A stretch of DNA of 32,621 nucleotides from positions 1-32,621 of IMG/VR virus record IMGVR_UViG_3300032272_000049. One strand, given 5' to 3'. Each line of letters opens with the position of its first letter. The stretch's first letter is position 1. Shown here piece by piece: positions 24,831 to 32,621 of this stretch. The stretch comes from a virus (Duplodnaviria > Caudoviricetes). Under the pieces are notes generated by a model. That model had not been told where the DNA came from and ran no database searches. It saw nothing but the letters and a program-made list of their open reading frames with translations. Position numbers and translations under genes: made by a program.

Positions 24831-25033
24831 TTGGCTTTGCTTTCAAGCTCTTTAATTCTTGATGCCATTGACTCCATTGCGTCCATCATAGTTTCAAGAA
24901 CGGCATAGACTTCTGCCATATCGTCACTGTTTGTCGGATTAGAAAGGCTGGGTCTATTTACACTGCGCCTAGAACTAGAACTACTTCTTAAAAGGTCGGA
25001 GGCCATTGCCCAAAACATAAAATCATTCGGCAT
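24827..25033 (-). CDS. Hypothetical protein with C-terminal coiled coil
   Basis: GAAAGGA RBS, ATGA overlap. Confidence 0.65.
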   Translation of the reverse strand: MPNDFMFWAMASDLLRSSSSSRRSVNRPSLSNPTNSDDMAEVYAVLETMMDAMESMASRIKELESKAK

Positions 25034-25220
25034 TTAGTTTCCTTTCAATAAGTCAGGCTTGATACCAAAGCTATTAACTATAGCTAATTCCAACTTTAAT
25101 TGATGCGTGAAAAATGCCTCCATCGCGGGGCTGCGGAATGCCATAATCTCATGACGCTTAGATATTTCAGTTGCTGTAAGGTTGACCCCTAGTTTATCTT
25201 TTATCATTTAGTTTCCTTTC
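25031..25220 (-). repeat. 16-nt exact direct repeat GAAAGGAAACTAAATG (25031-25046, 25205-25220)
   Basis: Read directly; each copy is an RBS plus start codon. Confidence 0.85.
25034..25207 (-). CDS. 57-aa hypothetical protein (MIKDKLGVNL...LLKGN)
   Basis: GAAAGGA RBS; its stop abuts the next ATG; not in the track. Confidence 0.65.
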   Translation of the reverse strand: MIKDKLGVNLTATEISKRHEIMAFRSPAMEAFFTHQLKLELAIVNSFGIKPDLLKGN

Positions 25221-25227
25221 GTGTTTA

Positions 25228-26889
25228 TTAAGTCAATCCTAGCGACTGCGGAGTATTTTGGCTAGTGGCCTGCGCGTCTGCAAGGGTCTTGGCTGTCTGT
25301 GCGGCAATAGGTGCCGCATCAAGAACTTCACCTAGTTGTTGCTGTGCTTGCTTACCCTCGGCTTCTTCTGCAAGCTTCTCTTTCGATTTAAGGGCTTTGG
25401 TGGGTACGCCGTTAACATCTGATACAATGCGGGCAATCTCCTGTGTGTCAAACACCTCGAATACAGCCGGATCAATCTGTGCAATAGGCGCAAGGCTTTC
25501 GAATGTGCGTAGAATGCCAACTGCTTCCTCGGACCGTGCTGCCCGTGTCATGGGGCTTTGGTATGAGATTTGCAAAGGCTTACCAGTATCACGGATGAAC
25601 TCTTGCAGGATTGCAGGCATTTCAGGGTGTTTGCCCTGTCTAAACAAGATACCGCTTTCCCTGCGCATCTGTGGCCCAAGCCATTCTGATTGCAGACGCC
25701 CAATGATTGGCGCGGTAAGCTGGCCCTGTTGTTGTGCAAGAAGCATAGCTTGTGTCGCTGTCATGCTGGGGTTTTCCAACAGTACACGGAAATAGATGCC
25801 AAGGAAACCGTCGTCAATCTGACTGCGTGTGTCCTGCATCATTTCCAAGCCAAGGCGCACATCAACACCAGTATTCCAAGGAACTGCCATTGCTCGGCCC
25901 TGATCGTCCAGTGCGCCTAGATTGCGAGAGCCTGGGGTAAGATCAAACTCTGATATGCCATCATCTGCTTGCAATACAGGTGGATCAACCGCCATGTTTG
26001 CGGCTTCAATGGTTGTTCTGCGCATTTCATTAAGCATTGAAATGTCTGGAAGCATTTGAATAGCGGGTGAACGCCCATATACTTCACGGGTAGATACGGC
26101 ATAGCGTGACACGATATAAGGCTGTTCGTGGTAGCCTTCCTCGCGAATAACCTGTTGGTCAGCAATAAAGATGTAATACCCAACAAACGGCATCCCGGTC
26201 TGGTCTATGCGTGACGCGTCAAAGTCCTCACGCGGCATAACGCAATGCAAAAACTCGAAACGCTCATCCATTTTGTTATCGTTGATCTTATCAAGTATCT
26301 TCTGCGGAGTGTCTTGCTTGAATACCTGTGCCGCCTGGCGTGCTGTCATTTCAAACTTGCGGTGAACAGTGTCAACGGTTCCCTCGCGGTTTTCCTGAAT
26401 GTATATCTCGGCAAGGTGTATCGACTTGTAGCGGATACCATCCGTTCCACGCGGCTCAACCAGCAAGCAACCAGTGCCATATGCACCAAGGAATATAAGC
26501 TTCTCGTGGGCCTGTGATGAATAGTTTCCCTTGGGCGAATAGCGTTCCTCCCAAAGCATTGTGTTGTATTCTTCGGTGAATAACTTGACTTCGTGGTTTT
26601 CGTCTAGCTCATCGTCACCCGTAATCATGTTGTGCCATAGCGTATTGCGGGGCATTAGGCCGGATTCGATAGCAGCTGCGAACTTATCAAGTGCAGCCAT
26701 TGGAAACGCATCATATTGGTTTTGATTGCGCTGTACGCCTTGGGAGTGCTTTGTTATGAAATCGTCTGCGCGTGGTAATACTAATCGAGACACTTGTTCC
26801 CATAAGGATTCCCAGTTTCCGCGCTTGCCTTCCATGCCCGCCTGTCTACTGATAAGCATTTGGGCGGTGCTGCTGTTCTCATTTGGCAT
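25228..26889 (-). CDS. Portal protein (T7/BPP-1-type head-tail connector)
   Basis: R..WE..W, YGTG, E.YGRSPA...LPD, MTAT, RLQ.E.L.P motifs. Confidence 0.93.
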   Translation of the reverse strand: MPNENSSTAQMLISRQAGMEGKRGNWESLWEQVSRLVLPRADDFITKHSQGVQRNQNQYDAFPMAALDKFAAAIESGLMPRNTLWHNMITGDDELDENHEVKLFTEEYNTMLWEERYSPKGNYSSQAHEKLIFLGAYGTGCLLVEPRGTDGIRYKSIHLAEIYIQENREGTVDTVHRKFEMTARQAAQVFKQDTPQKILDKINDNKMDERFEFLHCVMPREDFDASRIDQTGMPFVGYYIFIADQQVIREEGYHEQPYIVSRYAVSTREVYGRSPAIQMLPDISMLNEMRRTTIEAANMAVDPPVLQADDGISEFDLTPGSRNLGALDDQGRAMAVPWNTGVDVRLGLEMMQDTRSQIDDGFLGIYFRVLLENPSMTATQAMLLAQQQGQLTAPIIGRLQSEWLGPQMRRESGILFRQGKHPEMPAILQEFIRDTGKPLQISYQSPMTRAARSEEAVGILRTFESLAPIAQIDPAVFEVFDTQEIARIVSDVNGVPTKALKSKEKLAEEAEGKQAQQQLGEVLDAAPIAAQTAKTLADAQATSQNTPQSLGLT

Positions 26890-26892
26890 GGT

Positions 26893-27072
26893 CTAGGTTC
26901 CCGTCACCTGTCGTGCGGCTGTTGCTGCTGTACCTGTAGACGCTAGAATGGAAGCTGCCCTACCACGTAATTTGCTGCTGCGCTTCTTGCCCTCAACGGT
27001 CTGGCGTGCCTCGTCTATGGTTGGCACTGGTGTTGGGGTCGGTGCTTTAGGCTTGCTGAATAGTGAGCTCAT
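26893..27072 (-). CDS. Small virion assembly protein preceding portal (T7 gp7.3-like position)
   Basis: MSSLFSKPKAP...RGRAASIL pattern; start moved to ATG 27072. Confidence 0.7.
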   Translation of the reverse strand: MSSLFSKPKAPTPTPVPTIDEARQTVEGKKRSSKLRGRAASILASTGTAATAARQVTGT

Positions 27073-27269
27073 TGTATTTCCGCCTCTTCGATGTCTGGAA
27101 AGTTTAGTTCCTTTACTCCAAAGTGGCACACTCCACCATTTTTCATCAGGGGTTCATTGCAAGGAGATTTAATGACAAGAGGCGGTAACGCTAAAAAGGT
27201 GGAGAACCTATAAGACATCCCGACTGTACATGCTACGCGGTTAATAGAACCTGCCTCTAAATTCATCAT
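27069..27269 (-). CDS. Hypothetical protein
   Basis: Coupled overlaps on both sides. Confidence 0.5.
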   Translation of the reverse strand: MMNLEAGSINRVACTVGMSYRFSTFLALPPLVIKSPCNEPLMKNGGVCHFGVKELNFPDIEEAEIQ

Positions 27270-27457
27270 TATATAAACCTCTTTTTGGGTCGCCTGATTA
27301 CTGGTTTGGTTTTCTCTATCACGATATAGGGTTCATTGCAATCAACATCGAAATGCACAACCCGACTGCCCGAGTAGATGCATTGCCTGCGGATATGCTC
27401 CATTTTCTCTTCTGTGATGGGCTTGGGGCCAATGGATATGCGCTTATCGTGGATCAT
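27269..27457 (-). CDS. Hypothetical protein
   Basis: TGATG-coupled to terL. Confidence 0.6.
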   Translation of the reverse strand: MIHDKRISIGPKPITEEKMEHIRRQCIYSGSRVVHFDVDCNEPYIVIEKTKPVIRRPKKRFI

Positions 27458-28836
27458 CAGAAGAACCTCGCCTTTTCTTTGCGTTTTTGCGGGTTAAGAT
27501 TGGGTTTTTTTATAATACGGGGGAATAAATCGGTAAAGGCCCACACTAAAGCGTCTACCCTATCGGGGGAATAACCCTGCTTCTTCGTGTCAAAGTCACT
27601 AGTAAACGCTACCATCTGGTCCTCTAAGGTATCAAATTTCCCTACGTGATGTATCCTACCCTGCTCATAAAGCGCACTGACAGGCTCGGCGCGGGTTTGC
27701 TTTCCCTTTGTGGCAGTAACAAGCGATATAAATCTAGACTGCATACCAGCTGACTTAAGAACATGAGCAACCATATCGCCGCCTTGGTTCTTTTCCGCTA
27801 CAATCTTATCGGCATCAAACCTATGGAATAGAGCAACAGCCTTTCTGCCCCATTCATCCGGCGTATATATTCCGCTATCGTCATGAAGAAGGTAGCCCAT
27901 GTGTTTGCCTTGTTTATTTTCCCCAATGCCAGCAACAATTATTCCGGTCTCATTACTATTCTCTGTTGTGGATATTGCGGGGTCTATGGCCACGACAATT
28001 CTATATATCTCATCCGTATTAAGCTCACCCTCTCCTGACCAAGGTATCCTGAAATCATCTATCTGGGACCTGCGCCACAATGCGCCTGGTGTATCTTCAA
28101 GCAATTCAGCCAGCAACTCTTGCCTACCAAGCCGCGTTCCTTCGTACTTTGTGATGATTTCGCTAAAGAATGTAGGGGCAAGATTTGCTTTGTTATCATA
28201 TGTTGAACCGCGTGTAATGTGGCAATGCTTGTCGTTTACCAGTTCACGCATGATTTTAGTTGGCCGGGGTGTTGTTGTGAGAACAGCTTGCGGCTTGGAT
28301 CCTAACCTTAATCCAAACTTAGCCTGGTCCCACGCTTCTGGATACCGCCACGCGCCAAGCTCATCACCCCAAAGCTTTTCGTGTTGCTTGCCCCTTAGTC
28401 GTTCAGGCTCATCCGCAGTGAATATCAATGACACACACCCACTAGGCCACACAAGCTTTCTTGCGTGCTTTATATAGTCTGGGCGTTCGCTTCTTGGACA
28501 TACGGCCATTATACCGCTTTCGCCTTCAATCATAATATCTCTGGCATCGTCGGTTGTCGCGCCGATCAGGTTTACATATTGGTTTGTTTTAGCCCATTCC
28601 CTGACGACTTCTGCCCCGGTGCGGGTTTTACCAAAGCCACGACCTGCAAGTATTAGCCAATACGACCAATCACCATCTGGCAGTAATTGATTTGGCCGTG
28701 CGTGATATTCCCAATCCCATAGAATGCAGTAGGATAATTCGTCACCCATGCTTGCAATGAATTCAGTACGTTCACTTTCTGGCATCTCTTGCAGCGAGCA
28801 GAGCAGAGAGTTTTTCTCCTGCGCGGTCAAAGTCAT
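27457..28836 (-). CDS. terL: Terminase large subunit
   Basis: ARPNQ, Walker A AGRGFGKT, Walker B LWGDE, TTTP, nuclease IDPA and SPDRVDA. Confidence 0.96.
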   Translation of the reverse strand: MTLTAQEKNSLLCSLQEMPESERTEFIASMGDELSYCILWDWEYHARPNQLLPDGDWSYWLILAGRGFGKTRTGAEVVREWAKTNQYVNLIGATTDDARDIMIEGESGIMAVCPRSERPDYIKHARKLVWPSGCVSLIFTADEPERLRGKQHEKLWGDELGAWRYPEAWDQAKFGLRLGSKPQAVLTTTPRPTKIMRELVNDKHCHITRGSTYDNKANLAPTFFSEIITKYEGTRLGRQELLAELLEDTPGALWRRSQIDDFRIPWSGEGELNTDEIYRIVVAIDPAISTTENSNETGIIVAGIGENKQGKHMGYLLHDDSGIYTPDEWGRKAVALFHRFDADKIVAEKNQGGDMVAHVLKSAGMQSRFISLVTATKGKQTRAEPVSALYEQGRIHHVGKFDTLEDQMVAFTSDFDTKKQGYSPDRVDALVWAFTDLFPRIIKKPNLNPQKRKEKARFF

Positions 28837-29200
28837 GCTTTACCTCTACTTTGGTTTCGGCTTTATCAACTAGCAATCCATTAACTTTAGCCTTGCCCAT
28901 TGTGGCCCCCGTCATTGCGGCGGGTTGCTTTTCAGTCTGTGCCATCTTACGGGCCTCATCAAGCTCTTTTGTGAGACTTTCAACAGTAACCAGTGTGCGT
29001 TCTTGGGCAGCTTGCTGTAGATTAAACACCCTTAGGTTCACATTAGGTTTTGCTAGAGTGTTGCAAGCATCGACCCATATTCCTTGGGGCTTTGTGTCTT
29101 TACCTACATCATAAGCATGTCTGTAAGCCTCGGATGCATTACCGCATTCTACATACTTTAGGGCGAAAGCCTCTTGTTTTGCTGTTAGCTTAGCTGCCAT
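28772..29200 (-). CDS. terS: Terminase small subunit
   Basis: LTAKQEAF...GNASEAYR.AY HTH, AK..GL..DK; directly upstream of terL. Confidence 0.92.
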   Translation of the reverse strand: MAAKLTAKQEAFALKYVECGNASEAYRHAYDVGKDTKPQGIWVDACNTLAKPNVNLRVFNLQQAAQERTLVTVESLTKELDEARKMAQTEKQPAAMTGATMGKAKVNGLLVDKAETKVEVKHDFDRAGEKLSALLAARDARK

Positions 29201-29212
29201 ACCTACCCTACC

Positions 29213-30025
29213 CTATGCTGTGTTCTTCACTAGTACAATTTCCATATCTAAGGAAACCTCTGCCGTTGTTGTGGGAACCTTTGCCCTTGCGCCAAAGTCT
29301 GTCAGTTCTTCAAATTTAATTGGGTGTATAAAGGGGAGTAAAAAAGGCCCCTGAAGTCCGACCAGCTCTAAAAATGTTCTTACACCCGTGTACGGCGGGG
29401 CGGCCTGTAGAATGTTTGTTCTTTGTAGGAATAGGACATTGACGGGCTTATTTGCTTCAACTTGCAAAGACACGCCTTGTAAATATGCTGTAAAGCCTAG
29501 TGGAACGGTGTATGCACCAATTTGGCTTTGGCTGCGGGCAAACCCGTTTAGAGGTATAGTTCCCCAATCCGTACCCCCCGCAGCGTTCTCTATTGTAATT
29601 TCAGCCAGGTGAGACGCCGATGCACCAGTGCCATAAGACCCCGATTTACTTACAAAGAACCGGGTGATTCTCATAAATGTTTCTGTTGTTGCCGCACTTG
29701 CTGATGCACCCGCCAAGGTTAGGATGTCTGTTATGAATGAACCATCTGGGCCAATGCCTTCAACTAGCACTTCCCATGCGCCCGCGCCACCGTTTGTATC
29801 GCCAGCATTACCGCCAGCCTTTACACGCAAGGCAGTTGCAGCTGCTGGCTGTGGCGTTTGCCATACCCCGCCCTCTGCAATGGGGGTATATGCTGTTCCC
29901 ACTGCCGCGTTATGCCCAAATTTATGAACAACGGAGTGCTGATCTACAAGCCCCCTTGATACCCATAACCCCGGAGAATACGAAAGCGCAGTCGATGGCA
30001 TATTATTGATTGAATAAGCTGTCAT
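29213..30025 (-). CDS. Conserved beta-rich phage protein, structural-like
   Basis: RG.V..H..VHKFG.N, GA..V.VEG, QSQI..YTVP.G motifs; Ala/Gly/Thr-rich. Confidence 0.7.
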   Translation of the reverse strand: MTAYSINNMPSTALSYSPGLWVSRGLVDQHSVVHKFGHNAAVGTAYTPIAEGGVWQTPQPAAATALRVKAGGNAGDTNGGAGAWEVLVEGIGPDGSFITDILTLAGASASAATTETFMRITRFFVSKSGSYGTGASASHLAEITIENAAGGTDWGTIPLNGFARSQSQIGAYTVPLGFTAYLQGVSLQVEANKPVNVLFLQRTNILQAAPPYTGVRTFLELVGLQGPFLLPFIHPIKFEELTDFGARAKVPTTTAEVSLDMEIVLVKNTA

Positions 30026-30029
30026 ACCG

Positions 30030-30329
30030 TTACCCGTCGATTACTGCGATTTTATCACCCGCCTCAACGCCTAGATCAAATGAAGTTCCGGCGAGAACTA
30101 ACGTGCTGGTGACTAATGCTGTGGGGGCGGCGGAGGCTAATACCCGGACATTGCCCCCCGTTACGGTTATACGTGCCATTTGGCCTTCCGTGGCCGCCGC
30201 AGTTGTTGCTTGGGATGTTGCGGATGATGTTATATCCTCTGATACAATACCAGCCGCTAAATATGATGCGTATGTTCCATCTATGCCTCGAAAACCAATT
30301 TTTGCGAAAACTATGTTTACCGTTGCCAT
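30030..30329 (-). CDS. Small beta-rich hypothetical protein (GDKIAVI C-terminus)
   Basis: GGAG RBS before ATG 30329. Confidence 0.7.
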   Translation of the reverse strand: MATVNIVFAKIGFRGIDGTYASYLAAGIVSEDITSSATSQATTAAATEGQMARITVTGGNVRVLASAAPTALVTSTLVLAGTSFDLGVEAGDKIAVIDG

Positions 30330-30368
30330 TTTAATCTCCGTGATTTTAGGCAAGCATACACCACATCG

Positions 30369-30671
30369 CTATCTTATGCTAGTGCGTGTTTTATTGGTCT
30401 GGCCCTCACATAGAATATTCCATTGTTTCGCAGTTGCTTTTGTATCGTATACCCACACCAGCCAGGTTTCTACAAGATTGGACCGCTGTACTCGCGTCAA
30501 GCCATCAACAGGCGACTGCACAAGTAAATCAAAAGCTTCGTCACGCGTTAAGCCAGCCTTATAGAGCTTTTCCGCCGTGCCTATGCCAATTTCTATTAAA
30601 GCGCAGTCGTTGTCAGCTTGTGCCGTTGTCGCCATTGCTAAGAATATTGCTGTTATTACGTGTTTCATCAT
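30369..30671 (-). CDS. Secreted/periplasmic protein with Sec signal peptide
   Basis: MMKHVITAIFLAMATTAQA|DND leader, two Cys; GGAGG RBS and ATGA overlap at 30668-30671. Confidence 0.7.
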   Translation of the reverse strand: MMKHVITAIFLAMATTAQADNDCALIEIGIGTAEKLYKAGLTRDEAFDLLVQSPVDGLTRVQRSNLVETWLVWVYDTKATAKQWNILCEGQTNKTRTSIR

Positions 30672-31003
30672 TCTTCCTCCGCTATCAGGGCTTTGATGAT
30701 GCAGATTAACCATGCTCGTGCGGCGTTTCCTTTGTGATTATATCCAAAAATTCTACGCTTTTTCTTATCTACTGATACTTCGCTGCAATCGTCCATTTGC
30801 CACCCCCATTCAGGCAACACCGCCTTGTGTAGTGCTTGAGCTGCGTCTAGACTGCCGTTGTAGGCTGGCATAAAGGATAAAGCCCAAGAGACTTGCACTC
30901 CGGGATGAGAATGTTCACTAATGTGGTAAAGATCATCTGCAACAATAACCTCACCCGCCTCGACCTTCGCCAACAAAGCTATCAGGTTTTGTTTATGGGT
31001 CAT
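30668..31003 (-). CDS. Conserved phage hypothetical protein (SLDAA..L...VLP.W.W...ARAWL; possibly ABA-sandwich-related)
   Basis: Motif recognition; AAGGA RBS. Confidence 0.7.
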   Translation of the reverse strand: MTHKQNLIALLAKVEAGEVIVADDLYHISEHSHPGVQVSWALSFMPAYNGSLDAAQALHKAVLPEWGWQMDDCSEVSVDKKKRRIFGYNHKGNAARAWLICIIKALIAEEE

Positions 31004-31311
31004 GGGGTTTCCTTCGTCGGTGGGGATACTTTCAGAGTCTTCTTGGCTTTTCGGACAACTCCACGTAGCGATGCGTTTCTTGCTTTTAAGAAGTCAGGGC
31101 CACCAAAGAGGGAATTGGCGTGCTGCAATAGAAGGTCGCGAACCTCTCGCAGTGCATCCCGTTCTGCGGTTAGGGCTTCGTGAATATCAGCACGGACGTA
31201 CTCTTCCGACACTCCCTTTTGCCATTTTGACGGGTCGTCTACCGCTACAATATCATTCCACCCGCGTTTGGCGTGTTCTATTGCCCATATCCGTTCCGGT
31301 GCGTCTGTCAT
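31000..31311 (-). CDS. Hypothetical protein (APERIW...EYVRAD module plus coiled coil)
   Basis: AAGGA RBS, ATGA overlaps. Confidence 0.75.
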   Translation of the reverse strand: MTDAPERIWAIEHAKRGWNDIVAVDDPSKWQKGVSEEYVRADIHEALTAERDALREVRDLLLQHANSLFGGPDFLKARNASLRGVVRKAKKTLKVSPPTKETP

Positions 31312-31475
31312 GATGTTTCCTTATTTTGCCGCGCCTTTAAGCGTTCGATTTCGGACTCCAAAACGGAAATTCTACTGATGGCCAGATCAATATCTGAAAG
31401 GTACTTACCGTCAACCGTTCCTGCGCGGTGTAGATATTCCTTAAGCGTTCGCAGCCGTGTTTTTAGGTCTGTCAT
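31308..31475 (-). CDS. 55-aa coiled-coil hypothetical protein (MTDLKTRLRTLKE...NKETS)
   Basis: Fills the gap, ATGA overlap; not in the track. Confidence 0.65.
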   Translation of the reverse strand: MTDLKTRLRTLKEYLHRAGTVDGKYLSDIDLAISRISVLESEIERLKARQNKETS

Positions 31476-31476
31476 A

Positions 31477-31668
31477 TCACAATCCAATCGTTTTGCTGGC
31501 TGCGCGTGTTGCGAGCGTTTCCATTGCTAATTCGACCACGAGAGGGATTTTAAACACCCCACGTTCGTATCTGCTGATAGTTCCCGTGTCTTTCCCTAGT
31601 GCGCGACCTAGAGCGGCTTGCGATAGCTTTAAATCGCTTCGGGCTTTTATGAATTGTTTTGGTGTCAT
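31477..31668 (-). CDS. Small XRE/Cro-type HTH regulator, Aca1-like C-terminus
   Basis: LSQAALGRALG...TISRYERG...IPLVVELAMETLA. Confidence 0.85.
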   Translation of the reverse strand: MTPKQFIKARSDLKLSQAALGRALGKDTGTISRYERGVFKIPLVVELAMETLATRAASKTIGL

Positions 31669-32036
31669 AGTCCCTCGCCTTCAAACCAGTCGATTTTTTT
31701 GCAGGCTAGGCGGTCATGCGCTTTATCTCTATCAGCACCGTCCCGAGTTCTATGCATACAACCCCGAGGTCTATGCATACAACCCTCCAAAATATTATCG
31801 CCACCGGGATAAACATTCAGCCAAGCAGTGTGCTTTTCGGCGGGGTATTCCAGAACCATGAAGTGGGTGATTATTCCATTATATGAATCACTTTTCCATC
31901 CAACGCCACCAGCTAGAACACCCTCTTCAGCCACGCCTGCATCGAACCAAAGCCAAACTAATGTCTCATCAGGCACAGGGCAAACGCTATCGGCGGTTGC
32001 TTCAAACGGATAACGGCGGTCTATTTCGTATTTCAT
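31665..32036 (-). CDS. Two-module hypothetical protein
   Basis: Start moved to ATG 32036 behind GAAGGGA; directly downstream of a promoter. Confidence 0.75.
   Translation of the reverse strand: MKYEIDRRYPFEATADSVCPVPDETLVWLWFDAGVAEEGVLAGGVGWKSDSYNGIITHFMVLEYPAEKHTAWLNVYPGGDNILEGCMHRPRGCMHRTRDGADRDKAHDRLACKKIDWFEGEGL
31743..31784. repeat. 21-nt tandem duplication (1 mismatch), encoding GCMHR twice
   Basis: CCGAGTTCTATGCATACAACC / CCGAGGTCTATGCATACAACC. Confidence 0.85.
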
Positions 32037-32061
32037 GGGGTTTCCCTTCGTTTCTATCTTC

Positions 32062-32090
32062 AATCTATGGCTTATCGCCTACATAGTCAA
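32062..32090 (-). promoter_or_regulatory. Sigma70-type promoter TTGACT-17-TAGATT with inverted repeat CTATG-N12-CATAG
   Basis: Near-consensus hexamers, 17-nt spacing, intergenic, upstream of RBS. Confidence 0.7.
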
Positions 32091-32104
32091 TAGGCCCAGA
32101 GCAT

Positions 32105-32419
32105 TTATTTACTTAATTCCCAAACCGTTAAGTTTCTGCTTACCCTTGTTTTTGAAACAGTGCCATCAAGCAACATACTCCGTAGGGTGTTCCATGCGGT
32201 ATCCCGACAGCATCCGATCAGATCCGCAACTTCCTTGGCCTGCATTGGATTTTTAGACTCATTTAGAACGCCCTCGGCCAACACCTTTCTTTTCCTGATT
32301 GCCGCAGCTGTCTTGCCTGACACGCCACCGCGCCTTCCAATGTCTCCTTCCTTTGATGCTGCCTGGGGCAGTTTTTTCTTATGGCCTTCGGCCTGTGCCA
32401 TTTGTAGCATATAGTTCAT
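32105..32419 (-). CDS. Winged-helix DNA-binding protein
   Basis: AKEVADLIGCCRDTAWNTLRSM..DG.V wHTH pattern; GAAAGGA RBS. Confidence 0.75.
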   Translation of the reverse strand: MNYMLQMAQAEGHKKKLPQAASKEGDIGRRGGVSGKTAAAIRKRKVLAEGVLNESKNPMQAKEVADLIGCCRDTAWNTLRSMLLDGTVSKTRVSRNLTVWELSK

Positions 32420-32621
32420 TGTTCTTTTCCTTTCGTTGTTTTCTTACATAGAACCCAGAGGATGCTTTGACCTGACAGTCCAGCGGCTTCTATCTGGCCA
32501 GCATCCCGAAGTCTTTTGAGATTTGAATAAATCGTATGCTTTGGGATTCCTGACTTTTTACTAATGCCGCCGCGCGTATCCATGCCATTTGACAGAACAT
32601 CAAGTATCGCTCGCTTTGCCT
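32416..32621 (-). CDS. 3' part of another winged-helix protein (...ILDVL...ISKKSGIPKHTIYSNLKRLRDAGQIE...)
   Basis: Open frame from the window edge ending in an ATGA overlap at 32416-32419. Confidence 0.65.
   Translation of the reverse strand, partial: AKRAILDVLSNGMDTRGGISKKSGIPKHTIYSNLKRLRDAGQIEAAGLSGQSILWVLCKKTTKGKEQ

Larger units (their letters stand above)
1..32621. mobile_element. Podovirus-type tailed phage genome segment (BPP-1/APSE/epsilon15-like virion module), probable alphaproteobacterial (roseobacter) host
   Basis: TerS-TerL-portal-scaffold-capsid-tail tubular A/B-internal virion proteins-T7-type fibre-lysis order; ERF/YqaJ recombination genes; GapR homolog; no host housekeeping genes. 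Confidence 0.95.

Noticed and set aside
28772-28836. 65-nt terS/terL overlap as a possible programmed frameshift fusion
   Set aside because: terL has its own AGAGG RBS and such overlaps are common; no convincing slippery site plus stimulator seen
22527-30371. Several stops (TAG at 23722, 26893, 29213, 30369; TAA at 22533) are followed in frame by the next gene, hinting at read-through or amber recoding
   Set aside because: Long structural ORFs have no internal TAG, the downstream genes have normal lengths and mostly their own RBS, the TAG at 21151 is out of frame, and no suppressor tRNA is visible; plausible by chance
7524-31861. Numerous + strand ORFs in the track opposite the virion genes (and - strand ORFs opposite the early arm)
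   Set aside because: Antisense shadows of real genes: no RBS, Ser/Ala/Pro-biased composition, no motifs
1-32621. CRISPR array, tRNA, integrase/att site, IS element
   Set aside because: No regularly spaced repeats, cloverleaf, recombinase or transposase motifs recognised by eye

Overview
The whole window is one tailed-phage (podovirus-type) genome segment, probably most of a genome. It contains no host genes, integrase or att site. A GapR/DUF2312 gene of roseobacter type points to an alphaproteobacterial host, most likely Rhodobacteraceae/Roseobacteraceae. A back-to-back pair of sigma70-type promoters (112-202) drives the + strand early arm (226-7377): small accessory genes, an HNH endonuclease, a Lar-like gene, ERF annealase, YqaJ exonuclease, GapR, a NinB-like protein and a Ref-like nuclease. 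This arm converges at 7374-7377 with a long - strand arm. That arm carries HTH and accessory genes, then TerS/TerL, portal, scaffold, major capsid, decoration protein, tail tubular A/B, a GNAT-like protein, four internal (ejected) virion proteins, tail fibre and a lysis cassette, in a BPP-1/APSE/epsilon15-like order. The most notable observations are: (1) an ADP-ribosyltransferase (ART-PolyVal-like) domain embedded in a predicted ejected virion protein; (2) an acr-aca-like cassette (palindromic sigma70 promoter, unknown gene, Aca1-like HTH); (3) a structured capsid-gene leader with two copies of the same internal loop and a mutually exclusive alternative fold; (4) a cuckoo/alpha-r14-like anti-Shine-Dalgarno double hairpin upstream of erf; (5) microhomology evidence for module shuffling among the early genes. 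All family calls come from motif recognition by eye, with no database searches.
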